DNA from: Bacteroidota bacterium
GTDB lineage: Bacteria; Bacteroidota; Ignavibacteria; Kapaibacteriales; Kapaibacteriaceae
DNA: 64,000 nucleotides
Assembly: GCA_039795225.1 (NCBI GenBank)
Contig: JBDKEN010000001.1
Span: 21,610-85,609, forward strand
Direction of reading: 5' to 3'
Below the pieces are notes generated by a model. It was not told the DNA's origin, searched no databases, and was given only the letters and a program-made list of their open reading frames with translations. Made by a program: the position numbers and the translations under genes. Positions 18,935-28,346 of the stretch are shown here, piece after piece (the stretch's first letter is position 1; every line of letters starts with the position of its first letter).

Positions 18935-19770
18935 TCCTGACCGCCTATCGCGTCGAAATGTCCAAGGTCTTCTCAAAGTGGCGGACCTTTATTGGCTTTC
19001 TTGCCCTGGCCGTGCTAATCCCAATCGTTGTAGCCGGGATGAGCATGCAGGGAGAGCAGTTCTTCAAGTTTGCCACCTCCGGACTCAAAGACACGTTCGA
19101 GTTCACGGGACATCTACTCAACGGCTATGCCGTTGCCTACATCATCTTCTCCTCGCTCTACCTGCACGTGCCATTCCTGATCACCCTTGTGGCTGGGGAG
19201 GTGCTTGCCGGTGAGGCTACTGCCGGCACCTATCGTTTGGTTCTGACGCGCCCCCTTTCGAGGGCCACAATGGTCAACGCCAAGTACTTTGCCACGCTCA
19301 CCTACACCTTTCTGCTCGTCGTCTGCATGGCCGTGCTCTCACTCGGCCTTGGCATAGGATTCCTCGGCACCGGCGAGGTCTTCATCATCCGTCAGCAGAT
19401 CACCGTTCTGCAGGCCGACGACCTTCTGTGGCGCTTTGCCTACGCCTACGCGTGGGCGTTTCTGGCGATGGCCACTGTATCGAGCGTTGCCTTTTTGTGT
19501 TCGTCACTGGTTGAGAATGCTATCGGACCGATTATGACGACGATGTCGATCATCATCGTGATGACGATCATTTCGGCCATCGACGTGCCCCTGTTCGACT
19601 ATGTACGCCCACTGTTCTTTACCAATCACATGAACAGCTGGAAGTTCTTCTTTGATGACCCGGTACGTTGGGATCGCATTGGCCCATCGTTCTTGGCGCT
19701 GATGCTCCACATCATCGGCTGCTTTGTTGCAGCGCATATCATCATCCGTCGAAAGGACATCCTGACGTGA
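18931..19770 (+). CDS. ABC-2 family permease
   Basis: ATGA start/stop overlap with the upstream ATPase. Multiple long hydrophobic segments across 279 aa. Confidence 0.65.
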   Translation: MILTAYRVEMSKVFSKWRTFIGFLALAVLIPIVVAGMSMQGEQFFKFATSGLKDTFEFTGHLLNGYAVAYIIFSSLYLHVPFLITLVAGEVLAGEATAGTYRLVLTRPLSRATMVNAKYFATLTYTFLLVVCMAVLSLGLGIGFLGTGEVFIIRQQITVLQADDLLWRFAYAYAWAFLAMATVSSVAFLCSSLVENAIGPIMTTMSIIIVMTIISAIDVPLFDYVRPLFFTNHMNSWKFFFDDPVRWDRIGPSFLALMLHIIGCFVAAHIIIRRKDILT

Positions 19771-20438
19771 TCCGCCCCCTGATAGCTCTCGTTCTCGTCT
19801 TCACAGCCCTCCTCGAACCGGTCCTTGCTGCCACAGATGCCAAAGCCCTGCTGATGTCCATCCGCAAACGCATGGAGTCGAGTGGAAAGTATACAGCCGA
19901 GCTGCGTCTCAAGGTCGACATCCCGTTCATGAAGGCCCCCGAGGCAAAGGCGTCGCTAACATTCACGCCTCCAAACTCGACGAAGATCACCTCCAAGGGC
20001 TTTGCAATGATTCCAAAGCAAAGCACGGAACTCAGCGCTCTGTCTTTGCTTTCGGGCGAGTTCGCTGCCATCGATATGGGCACTGAATCATATAAGGGGC
20101 TCACCCTGCGCAAGATCAAGATCATCCCGGCCGATGAAACGGGTAACATCGTGGTCGCTACGCTGTTCGTTGACGAAGCAGCCCTGCTCACACGCAAGGT
20201 CACAGCAACGGCGAAGTCCGGCGGTACAGTGGCTGCCGAACTGGTCTATGATAACGCCAAAGCCGCTGCGTACTGCCTTCCGTCGTACATGAAGATCACC
20301 ATGGAAGTGCCCAACTTCGAGATCCCACGCACCATCACCGGCGATTTTAACGAGTCGGCCCAACCCAAAAAACCGGCAGATCCCAATGGCAAAACAAAGG
20401 CCAGTGTGGAGATCTGGTATGAGAAGTACCGGTTCTAG
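19767..20438 (+). CDS. Secreted LolA-like / lipoprotein-carrier-like hypothetical protein
   Basis: GTG at 19767 overlaps the permease stop (GTGA). VIRPLIALVLVFTALLEPVLAA is a signal peptide. The beta-rich body is only vaguely LolA-like. The listed start at 19668 would overlap the permease by about 100 nt. Confidence 0.45.
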   Translation: MIRPLIALVLVFTALLEPVLAATDAKALLMSIRKRMESSGKYTAELRLKVDIPFMKAPEAKASLTFTPPNSTKITSKGFAMIPKQSTELSALSLLSGEFAAIDMGTESYKGLTLRKIKIIPADETGNIVVATLFVDEAALLTRKVTATAKSGGTVAAELVYDNAKAAAYCLPSYMKITMEVPNFEIPRTITGDFNESAQPKKPADPNGKTKASVEIWYEKYRF

Positions 20439-20439
20439 G

Positions 20440-20495
20440 TTTGGGGTTTGGGGTTTGGGGTTTGGGGTTTGGGGTTTGGGGTGTGAGGTTTGGGG
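20440..20495 (+). repeat. Heptamer array A6: (TTTGGGG)6 TGTGAGG TTTGGGG, a G-quadruplex-type tract
   Basis: Read directly. Starts 1 nt after the TAG of 19767..20438 and ends 19 nt from the xth stop (convergent gene ends). The last sense codons upstream include GAAGTAC. Confidence 0.95.
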
Positions 20496-20514
20496 TGTAT
20501 AGCCAGCCGTACAA

Positions 20515-21282
20515 TTACACGAGCACGATTCCAACGGGGCAGTGATCAGAGCCCATGACGTCTGGCAAGATGAAGGCGTTCTTCAGCCGAGGGCGCAAAT
20601 CTTCGGTTATCCAGTGGTAATCGATGCGCCAGCCCACGTTGCGTTCGCGAGCCCTCGTGAAGTAGTCCCAGTACGAATAGTTGTCTGGTTCGTCGGGATG
20701 AAACTCGCGGAATGAATCCAGCCATCCGTCGGCAACCATACGGTCGAGGACTGCACGCTCTTCTGGAAGGAATCCAGTATTGGTCTCATTTTCCTTCGGG
20801 CGCGCCAAGTCAATCGGATGATGGGCGATGTTGTAATCACCACAGATCACAATGCCCCTTCCCTGCTTGCGCTGCTCAGCGCAGCGTGCAAGGAGTGCAT
20901 CGTAAAATCGCAACTTGAAGGGCACGCGCGAGTTGCCAACGGAACCGTTTGGGAAGTAGACGTTATACAGCAGGAATGATCCGAAGTCGGCCTCGATGAT
21001 GCGTCCTTCACCATCGAACTCATCGACACCAATTTTGGTCGTAACGGAAAGGGGCTCAGTACGACTCATGATGCCGACGCCGCTGTAGCCGCTCTTGATC
21101 GTGCAGGAGTGCCAGTAGGTGTGCCATCCGGGATGTTGCTTGACCTCGTTCGGAATCTTCTCGACATCAGCCTTGGTCTCTTGAAGACAGATAACGTCGG
21201 CCCTGACTTCGTCGACCCAATCCAGAAAGCCCTTCTTTTGGACGGCACGAATACCGTTGACGTTCCAGCTTATGATCTTCAT
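20515..21282 (-). CDS. xth: Exodeoxyribonuclease III
   Basis: MKIISWNVNGIRA start at 21282, internal QETK and C-terminal GSDHCPV motifs. Confidence 0.9.
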   Translation of the reverse strand: MKIISWNVNGIRAVQKKGFLDWVDEVRADVICLQETKADVEKIPNEVKQHPGWHTYWHSCTIKSGYSGVGIMSRTEPLSVTTKIGVDEFDGEGRIIEADFGSFLLYNVYFPNGSVGNSRVPFKLRFYDALLARCAEQRKQGRGIVICGDYNIAHHPIDLARPKENETNTGFLPEERAVLDRMVADGWLDSFREFHPDEPDNYSYWDYFTRARERNVGWRIDYHWITEDLRPRLKNAFILPDVMGSDHCPVGIVLV

Positions 21283-21803
21283 TGCGAGGCCTTCAGATCG
21301 GTCATCGTGCACAATGAATGCAGAGTAAAGCCAGCTTCTGCAAGCTTCTCACGTCCACCTTGCTCGCGATCAATCACACAGACGACTTCGTTCACATGCG
21401 CACCGAGCGCACGGAGGTCGTTTCCTGATGTGATCACTTGACCGCCGCTGGTGATGACGTCTTCGACGATCAGCAGGCGACGTCCCGACACATCGGGTCC
21501 TTCGGCAAGCTTGCACGTGCCATAGTCCTTTGCCTTCTTGCGCACGAAGACCGCAGGTATGCCGGATGCCAAGGAAAGGACTGTTGCAATGGCGAGTCCT
21601 CCCATTTCCAATCCAGCCAGCATTTCTGTGCCGGGAGGAATCATCGGCAGCATCTGCTGGGCGATTGCCGAAAGAAGCTTCGGATCGCTCTCAAATTGGT
21701 ACTTATCGAAGTACTCGTTGCTAATGATCCCACTGCGAAGCTTGAATTCCCCGGTGATGTGGGCTACGGAATAGATCGATGCGATAAGTTCTTGTCGTGT
21801 CAT
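21279..21803 (-). CDS. pyrE: Orotate phosphoribosyltransferase
   Basis: ATG at 21803 (MTRQELIASIY). FKLRSGIISNEYFD and PRPP loop LLIVEDVITSGGQ. 4-nt overlap with the xth start. Confidence 0.85.
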   Translation of the reverse strand: MTRQELIASIYSVAHITGEFKLRSGIISNEYFDKYQFESDPKLLSAIAQQMLPMIPPGTEMLAGLEMGGLAIATVLSLASGIPAVFVRKKAKDYGTCKLAEGPDVSGRRLLIVEDVITSGGQVITSGNDLRALGAHVNEVVCVIDREQGGREKLAEAGFTLHSLCTMTDLKASQ

Positions 21804-21807
21804 TCCG

Positions 21808-21815
21808 CAAATTTG
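21808..21815 (-). promoter_or_regulatory. -7-like box CAAATTTG, 4 nt before the pyrE ATG
   Basis: The minus strand reads CAAATTTG CGGA ATG. Confidence 0.3.
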
Positions 21816-21829
21816 GGATTCTTCTCGCA

Positions 21830-21837
21830 TACATTTG
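21830..21837 (+). promoter_or_regulatory. Bacteroidetes-type -7 box TACATTTG, 26 nt before the ATG at 21864 (conventional short leader)
   Basis: Exact match to TAnnTTTG in the divergent pyrE/lipoprotein region. Confidence 0.3.
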
Positions 21838-21863
21838 CGTTTTCTCACCGAACACACGAAAAC

Positions 21864-22334
21864 ATGAAACGCCTGCTCATCCTCGGACTGTCAACAATTC
21901 TCCTTCTCGGCGGCTGCTCGTCAGTTGATGAGTGCCTCAAGGGAATCAGTGTTCAAAACACGAGTGTGACCCTAGAAAAGGGGCTCTGCTTTGGTACATG
22001 TCCGGTCTACTCGGGCACCATCCTTGGCGATGGACAGATCATGTATGATGGACGACGCTTTACCGATCGTGAGGGAGTATGGGTGGGCTCGATCAGCCGT
22101 GATAAACTTTGTGAGCTTATCACCATTCTTCGTCAGACCGATCTTTCGTCGGTTCCTTCAGAATCGCTCGACAATGTTCCTGATGCTCCTGTGTCTGAGC
22201 TTCGGATCGTCTTCATGGGCAAGGAGCGGACGTTCAAGTGGAACATGGGCACGCCGGAAGCGTTGCGTCCACTCGACAAATTCATTGCCGAGAACACGCA
22301 CGGAAACACGTCGCTCCGACCTATGGGCAAGTAA
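21864..22334 (+). CDS. Small lipoprotein of unknown function with a CFGTCPVY motif
   Basis: ATG at 21864 gives MKRLLILGLSTILLLGGCSS (signal plus lipobox). The upstream part of the listed ORF 21438.. is antisense to pyrE. Confidence 0.55.
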   Translation: MKRLLILGLSTILLLGGCSSVDECLKGISVQNTSVTLEKGLCFGTCPVYSGTILGDGQIMYDGRRFTDREGVWVGSISRDKLCELITILRQTDLSSVPSESLDNVPDAPVSELRIVFMGKERTFKWNMGTPEALRPLDKFIAENTHGNTSLRPMGK

Positions 22335-22361
22335 CGGGGCACATGCCCACGTGCGAGATGG

Positions 22362-23051
22362 TTATCGGACGATGCCGGTGTAGAGAAACGCAATGCCGCC
22401 AGTGAGTTCACGGTACGAACACTCGTCCATGCGGCCCGTTGAGCGCATGAGGTTCAAGAACTCCTCCCGACATGGGAAGGCCGCTGCAGTCGTTGGCAAG
22501 TATTCGTAGGCCTTGCGATTGCCCGTCAGCATGCCACCAATCAGCGGGATGATGTGCTGCGAGTACCAACGATAGGTCAAACCGATGATTCCGCGCGGCT
22601 GGCCAAATTCGAGAACAACAACGCGGCCGCCTGGACGCACAACACGCGCCATCTCCGAAAGTGCCGTGCGCGGATCATCAACGTTGCGAATGCCGAACGA
22701 GATGCTGGCAACATCGAAGCTAGCATCGTCATATGGCAAGTGCATCGCATCAGCAACTTCAAACTCCACGTCGAGCCCCTTGCCGCGGGCCTTTGCCGGA
22801 GCGAATGAGAGCATATCGGCGTTGAAGTCTGTTCCAAGGACACGTCCATGTGATCCGACCGTCCGCTTAAACGCGAGTGCAAGATCACCAGTGCCCGTGG
22901 CACAGTCGAGAATGTGACTTCCTTCACGCGCACCACTGGCCTTGACCGTTGCAGATCGCCACAGATGGTGGATGCCCATCGAAAGGATCGAATTGGTGAT
23001 ATCATATCGAGGGGCAATGTCGGAGAACATTGCGTGGACGGCTTCACTCAT
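22362..23051 (-). CDS. ubiE: Demethylmenaquinone/ubiquinone C-methyltransferase
   Basis: MFSDIAPRYDITNSILSMGIHHLWR, SAM motif ILDCATGTGDLA, VVLEFGQP. Confidence 0.85.
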   Translation of the reverse strand: MSEAVHAMFSDIAPRYDITNSILSMGIHHLWRSATVKASGAREGSHILDCATGTGDLALAFKRTVGSHGRVLGTDFNADMLSFAPAKARGKGLDVEFEVADAMHLPYDDASFDVASISFGIRNVDDPRTALSEMARVVRPGGRVVVLEFGQPRGIIGLTYRWYSQHIIPLIGGMLTGNRKAYEYLPTTAAAFPCREEFLNLMRSTGRMDECSYRELTGGIAFLYTGIVR

Positions 23052-24529
23052 GCGTCAAAGATACGGGCAACGGTGTTCCAGGCTCCCAGCATGACAGCTG
23101 GCATTCCCTGTCCAGGGAACACACTGTCACCGATCATGTAGAGCCCAGCAAAAGGTGTTTGATTTGGTGGCAGAGTCACAAGTGGCCGCGCGATATCGTG
23201 TGGAATTCCTCCCACGAACCCGTCATGACGCTGTGTATAGTTCTTCCAGGTGATGGGTGTGCCGACATCACATCGCTCAATTTCCATGCCGTCGAACTCG
23301 TGCATGCCGTTGCGGATCGCCTCGAGCATTTGCACCCGGACCATCTCGCGGCGGCGTTCATACTCGTCAAGAGAAATGCCCTTCCAGTCCTCCGCCCGTG
23401 CATGTGTACTCACCGTCACCGTCGTGAGTCCTTCTGGCGCTTTCTGCCGATCATCAGGATGCGAGACCGTGAGGAATAGCGACTTCGAATGCACAAACGG
23501 AATGTCCTGCTGAAGGTGTAACTGAACATACTGACTCGGCAGACGTGGCACTCCACGAAGCGTCAGATACAAGGTTACGGCACACCATGACGCATCAAAA
23601 CGCCGTGCAAGCTTGGAGAAATAGGATCGCACGGCCTCATCGGTCAGCGTCGCCATGTTCCAAATGGGAATTGATGATATGACACGTTGTGCTCGATAGC
23701 TCTCTCCATTGTCGCATCGTACCTCCCACGCCCCATCCTGACGAATGATCGACGTGACACGACGACGAAACCGAACCTGTGCGCCGTGCGTGGTGGCATA
23801 GCGCATGAGATCCAGTGCTGGTCGCACCATCCCTCCAACTGGATAATACGTTTCACTTGGATAGGTGAGCCCCATGGCAGCGGTCAGATACGGGGCTCGC
23901 TCGGCGGTATTCTGGGTTGAGATCAGCAGCTGCTCGTCAATGAACCGACGAAAGGCGGCGTTGCGATGGACGCCGGCTGCTTCCATGAGTACGCGCGTGG
24001 GACGAATCAATCCGACGGCAAGAGGGGCCTGTGCCAGAAGGGACGGCTTTGCCAACCGTACAACATCAGAGAGCGTAGCCGGAGGGAAATGCGTTAAGCT
24101 CTGCACCATGGACCACACACGGCGTTCAAGATCGTAGAGGTGCTTCCAAAAACGCGGCTGGTCACCACCTGGGAATACGCGCTGGGCCTCGTTGATCCAT
24201 GCGTCCACATCGGCGTGACGGACAACATCAACCTCGGGCATGCGGATGAGCATTCCCGGATCTTGCTTGATAAACCTTGGTTCAATACCAAGGTGCCGAA
24301 ACACCCGCCCAGCAGGCTGTGATGAAACCACTCCGCTCACCGTCGTGGCGCCTACATCGAACGTGCAGGACCCTATCCGGTAAAACGATGCGCATCCGCC
24401 AAGCGTATCATGGGATTCCAGGAGCGTGACGTCTTCTCCTTCGTGGGCCAGAAGCGCGGCGCTGGTAAGTCCAGCATATCCCGCGCCGAGGACGAGCGTC
24501 GAAACGGTATGTCGTGGTGCAGAACTCAT
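23048..24529 (-). CDS. Phytoene-desaturase-family FAD-dependent oxidoreductase (CrtI/CrtD-like)
   Basis: ATG at 24529 (MSSAPRH). VLGAGYAGLTSAALLAHEG dinucleotide fold, LGGCASFY, C-terminal GLYMIGDSVFPGQGMP. 4-nt overlap with ubiE. Confidence 0.75.
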   Translation of the reverse strand: MSSAPRHTVSTLVLGAGYAGLTSAALLAHEGEDVTLLESHDTLGGCASFYRIGSCTFDVGATTVSGVVSSQPAGRVFRHLGIEPRFIKQDPGMLIRMPEVDVVRHADVDAWINEAQRVFPGGDQPRFWKHLYDLERRVWSMVQSLTHFPPATLSDVVRLAKPSLLAQAPLAVGLIRPTRVLMEAAGVHRNAAFRRFIDEQLLISTQNTAERAPYLTAAMGLTYPSETYYPVGGMVRPALDLMRYATTHGAQVRFRRRVTSIIRQDGAWEVRCDNGESYRAQRVISSIPIWNMATLTDEAVRSYFSKLARRFDASWCAVTLYLTLRGVPRLPSQYVQLHLQQDIPFVHSKSLFLTVSHPDDRQKAPEGLTTVTVSTHARAEDWKGISLDEYERRREMVRVQMLEAIRNGMHEFDGMEIERCDVGTPITWKNYTQRHDGFVGGIPHDIARPLVTLPPNQTPFAGLYMIGDSVFPGQGMPAVMLGAWNTVARIFDA

Positions 24530-24532
24530 GGG

Positions 24533-24540
24533 CAACGATA
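24533..24540 (-). promoter_or_regulatory. -7-like box TATCGTTG, 3 nt before the ATG at 24529
   Basis: The minus strand reads TATCGTTG CCC ATG. Confidence 0.25.
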
Positions 24541-24625
24541 ACACCGGGTGTGGCTTGCACGTTCCGTTGAAGGAGTCGATCGAATCATGGACTCTTCTTC
24601 CGGCGTGTTACGTAGCATTCCAATG

Positions 24626-24633
24626 TAGATTTG
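24626..24633 (+). promoter_or_regulatory. -7 box TAGATTTG, 3 nt before the ATG at 24637
   Basis: Exact TAnnTTTG: TAGATTTG TGC ATG. Confidence 0.4.
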
Positions 24634-24636
24634 TGC

Positions 24637-27600
24637 ATGAGAAATCTCCTGCTTTCCCTGCTATGGCTGGCCTCCGCGTCGGTCGTTTCAGTAGTCGCAT
24701 CGACAGACCCTCAACATCGTGCTGAACTTGAAGGAGCTTCGAAGATTCGTGCTCGCTTTGAGGACGTTCATCGACGTCGATTTGGAACCTCGAAGCCACC
24801 TGCAGAGAACCTGCGTGTCAAGGCTATCGACCAGCTGCAGCGACGTCGCTCGAAGCTTGATGTTGAAGCACAAGCCGAATCACCGCGCTGGATCCAGAAG
24901 GGTCCATACGCCACGGGTGGACGTATTAAGTCGATCGTCTTCGACCCTGTGACACCCGGTGTGGTGTACATCGGCGCTGCCGCCGGGGGCGTGTGGAAGA
25001 CCACGAACGCTGGGCAGGAATGGACGCCGATGATGGATCAGGCCAATGCCATCGCCATGGGCGCGCTGTGTATTGACCCCGACGATCGAAATGTGATCTA
25101 TGCCGGAACCGGCGAGCAGGTCATCAACGCCAACACCTACTTTGGATGCGGATTGATGCGCTCAACCGATGCGGGCCAAACCTGGAAGGTCTTTGCGCTG
25201 GCAAACGTTGGAGCGTTCTCTCGCGTATTCGTGCACCCCAAAGACACCAAGCTGATGATGTGCGGTGCGATGGGATCGGATGCCGGTGTGTGGAAGAGCA
25301 CTGATAAGGGGCTCAGCTGGACACGTATACGCCGAGGTCAGATTTATGATATGTCGATGCACCCCGAGGATCCCAACACCTGGGTAGCAGCCGTACCCGA
25401 CAGTGGCATCATCATGACTACCGACGGTGGCGCAACGTGGACGCAGCGCATGAATGGCCTCGTCGGATCCGTGGGCCGCATCAGTGTGCAGTTTGCCCCC
25501 TCCTCACCATCGACATTGTATACGTTGGCCGAACTCAATCGCCTCGCAGTGGTTGCCAAGTCAACCAATGGAGGTGCATCATGGACCGTGCAGTATCGCG
25601 ACGACCGCGGCTGCTTTTTTGCCGGTGCATGTTCGCCAGATGCAAGCCAAGGTTTTTACGACAACCTCGTATCTGTCAACCCAAAGAATCCCAATCAGGC
25701 GATTGTTGGCGGTATCGACCTGTGGATGACAACCAATGGAGGATCGAACTGGATTAACGTTACCAATGGCTATGCCGATGGTGACGGGGCAAATGTGCCA
25801 CACGTGGATCAGCATGTTGTCGCCTATGACCCGCATGATTCCAAGCATATCCTCGCTGGAAACGATGGCGGAATGATGCGCAGCCCTGATGGTGGGAACT
25901 CCTGGTACCCGTTGAATACCAATCTTGCTGTGACACAGTTCTACTCGTTTGATGTGGACCGGACGTCGCGCGAGCGGATGTACGGCGGTACGCAGGACAA
26001 CGGGACGCTTGGCACCGAAGGTATCGTCGATTGGGAACGCGTAGCAGGGGGCGACGGAATGACCACGCTCGTGCATCCGACGATACCGGCCATTGTGTAT
26101 GGAACGAATCCGAACGGTGCCCTCTTCCGAATCGACTTCCAATCGGGTCGTGCCGCGCGGATTACGACGGGCCTAAACATGAGCGAAGATTGCGAGTGGG
26201 TGGCACCGATGGCGATTGATCCCTTCAATCCAGATGCGATGCTCACCGGACGCCAACGCGTGTACTTCAGCGACAACCGTGGCGACCTCTGGCAAGCATC
26301 CTCACCGCGGTTTGAGGGTAATGTCTCTGCCGTTGCGTTTTCGCAGGCAGACCAGGAGGTCCTGTGGGCTGGCGGTAATATGGGTGATGTCTATGTGAGC
26401 ACAGACTACGGAACGAAGTGGACGCCTGTGCAGGAAAACGGTCTAAGCATGGGCTACGTCAGCGATTTCGTCTGTCCGGAAACGGATCGCAATACCGCTT
26501 GGATTACCTATTCGTCCTACGGTTTGCCTCACGTGTGGCGAACAACAGACCTTGGGAAATCGTGGCAACCACGTTGGACCGGTATGCCGGACATTCCCGT
26601 CAACACGATAGACATCCATCCCGATGATCCGAACATTCTCTTTGTTGGCACCGACATCGGCGTCTTCGTGACCTTTGACGCAGGTGATTCGTGGATGCCG
26701 TATGGAACGGAGTTGCCGCGCACGCCAATCTTAGACCTCAAGGTCGATGTTGCCAATAGCTACATCCGCGCTGGAACCCACGGCAGGTCGATTTGGGAAG
26801 CTCCGTTGCTGTCCGTTGCACCAACAGATCCAGTGATCGCAACGCCGATTGGTGGCGAGCGCTTTGTGGGGCTTACCTCTACGCGTGTTACCTGGAGGGG
26901 CATACCAGCCCCTTGCCGTCTCGAATACTCTGTCAACAATGGCGCATCATGGGTGCCCATCGCCCAGGGTCAGTCAGGGTCATCCTACACATGGCAGGTG
27001 CCGAACGCTCCAACAAATGATGCGCTTGTGCGAGTCACATCCGAGGCCGATCCTGCCATCAGCGCCGTCAGCCGGAACTTCTCGATTCAGCGTCTCCTAC
27101 GCGGTATGGTTGTCAAGCAGTCAACTGTGGGATGGATCCCCTATGGCTTGTCGTGGGATGGAAAGACGTCACTCTGGACGACAAACTTCCGCACGAATAC
27201 ACTTCATAAGCTTGATTACAATACCCTCGAGCCAATCAAGACCATCACCATGAAGGGGGCTGGCGACAGCTTGTATACGGACATTTCCTACGACCGCGAG
27301 AAGCATGAAATCTATGTGCATCGGTTGGAGAGTACAGAGGGACTTCAGACGACGGTAGTGGTTGTAGATACGAATGGTACGCTGTTACGCACGTTCCCAA
27401 GTGCTGCCCGCCGATACGGCATTGGTCTGGAATACGTCAATGGCGTTCTGTATGGGGCTGAGCGCGACGGTGAGCGACGCATCATTGGTATGAATCCACA
27501 GAATGGTGCTGTGCTCTCATCGGTGCCTAATCCCTACCAGCAGTTCTACGGTCCACGTGGCCTGACAGCTGATTCTCGCGGCAACTTCTTGCAAGTCTGC

Positions 27601-28125
27601 ACGCAGTTCTCGGAGAGTGGTGGCGGACTTCTAGCAGCTTCAATTGCCGAGATCCCACAGAGCGCACCGTCGACGATTGCACAGTCGCTCCAGCTTGAAA
27701 CGCCAAATGGACTCATTAATGGCCGTGGCATTGAGATTGACGCGCGCGACGAGACGATGTGGGTGAGCGAGTACGGCGGCACGATCTTCAAGATCACCGG
27801 TCTGCGCTTCGAGCCCCCTCCGATCACAAGCTCCGTCGACGAAGATGCGCAGCAACTCCCGGGCGTCGTATCCATCGCACCGCATCCTGTTTCCTCGACA
27901 GCCTTTGTGTCGGTGAGTTCCGTTGGTAGTCCACGCACAATAACGCCGGTTGTGTGCGACATCACGGGTCAGGTTGTTTGGAACGGCGTTCCCCACCTGC
28001 AAGAGGCGAATGAGCCACTGGTGGTTCGCCTTCCTGATGACATCCTCACAACGGGGACGTACATCCTGTCACTCACATCGCAGGATGGCGCTAGCGTGCG
28101 TCGTCCGTTCATTGTCAACAAGTAA
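24637..28125 (+). CDS. Large secreted BNR/Asp-box (sortilin/Vps10-like) repeat protein with T9SS C-terminal domain
   Basis: ATG at 24637 gives the signal peptide MRNLLLSLLWLASASVV. About 10 S/TxDxGxxW boxes (TTNAGQEW, STDAGQTW, STDKGLSW, TTDGGATW, STNGGASW and others). C-terminal VSIAPHPVSSTAFVSV...GTYILSLTSQDGASVRRPFIVNK is CTD-like. Confidence 0.75.
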   Translation: MRNLLLSLLWLASASVVSVVASTDPQHRAELEGASKIRARFEDVHRRRFGTSKPPAENLRVKAIDQLQRRRSKLDVEAQAESPRWIQKGPYATGGRIKSIVFDPVTPGVVYIGAAAGGVWKTTNAGQEWTPMMDQANAIAMGALCIDPDDRNVIYAGTGEQVINANTYFGCGLMRSTDAGQTWKVFALANVGAFSRVFVHPKDTKLMMCGAMGSDAGVWKSTDKGLSWTRIRRGQIYDMSMHPEDPNTWVAAVPDSGIIMTTDGGATWTQRMNGLVGSVGRISVQFAPSSPSTLYTLAELNRLAVVAKSTNGGASWTVQYRDDRGCFFAGACSPDASQGFYDNLVSVNPKNPNQAIVGGIDLWMTTNGGSNWINVTNGYADGDGANVPHVDQHVVAYDPHDSKHILAGNDGGMMRSPDGGNSWYPLNTNLAVTQFYSFDVDRTSRERMYGGTQDNGTLGTEGIVDWERVAGGDGMTTLVHPTIPAIVYGTNPNGALFRIDFQSGRAARITTGLNMSEDCEWVAPMAIDPFNPDAMLTGRQRVYFSDNRGDLWQASSPRFEGNVSAVAFSQADQEVLWAGGNMGDVYVSTDYGTKWTPVQENGLSMGYVSDFVCPETDRNTAWITYSSYGLPHVWRTTDLGKSWQPRWTGMPDIPVNTIDIHPDDPNILFVGTDIGVFVTFDAGDSWMPYGTELPRTPILDLKVDVANSYIRAGTHGRSIWEAPLLSVAPTDPVIATPIGGERFVGLTSTRVTWRGIPAPCRLEYSVNNGASWVPIAQGQSGSSYTWQVPNAPTNDALVRVTSEADPAISAVSRNFSIQRLLRGMVVKQSTVGWIPYGLSWDGKTSLWTTNFRTNTLHKLDYNTLEPIKTITMKGAGDSLYTDISYDREKHEIYVHRLESTEGLQTTVVVVDTNGTLLRTFPSAARRYGIGLEYVNGVLYGAERDGERRIIGMNPQNGAVLSSVPNPYQQFYGPRGLTADSRGNFLQVCTQFSESGGGLLAASIAEIPQSAPSTIAQSLQLETPNGLINGRGIEIDARDETMWVSEYGGTIFKITGLRFEPPPITSSVDEDAQQLPGVVSIAPHPVSSTAFVSVSSVGSPRTITPVVCDITGQVVWNGVPHLQEANEPLVVRLPDDILTTGTYILSLTSQDGASVRRPFIVNK

Positions 28126-28136
28126 CGATCGTCATC

Positions 28137-28346
28137 ATGCAACACATCATTTTGTCGATCATCACCATGAGTGTGGTCTGGTATGCGTGGATCACCTTCA
28201 AGAAGATTGGGCGTCTTCGTGCGGTCGACATTGACCTGAGCGAACAGGAGCGGCAACAACGTCAGGTCTCATACGTCATGCGCATTGTTATGTGCCTGAT
28301 ACTATTGGCCATTCTTCCCTTTCTATTCACGTTTATTACCAAGTAA
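28137..28346 (+). CDS. Small two-TM membrane protein (hypothetical)
   Basis: 69-aa ORF with two hydrophobic segments flanking a charged loop. TAATG stop/start overlap with the next gene. No recognisable family. Confidence 0.4.
   Translation: MQHIILSIITMSVVWYAWITFKKIGRLRAVDIDLSEQERQQRQVSYVMRIVMCLILLAILPFLFTFITK

Noticed and set aside
20440-20495. TTTGGGG repeats as a eukaryotic or ciliate telomere, contamination, or a linear-replicon end.
   Set aside because: The tract is only 56 bp and is flanked on both sides by ordinary bacterial genes that continue the same contig. It fits the local 7-bp array family.
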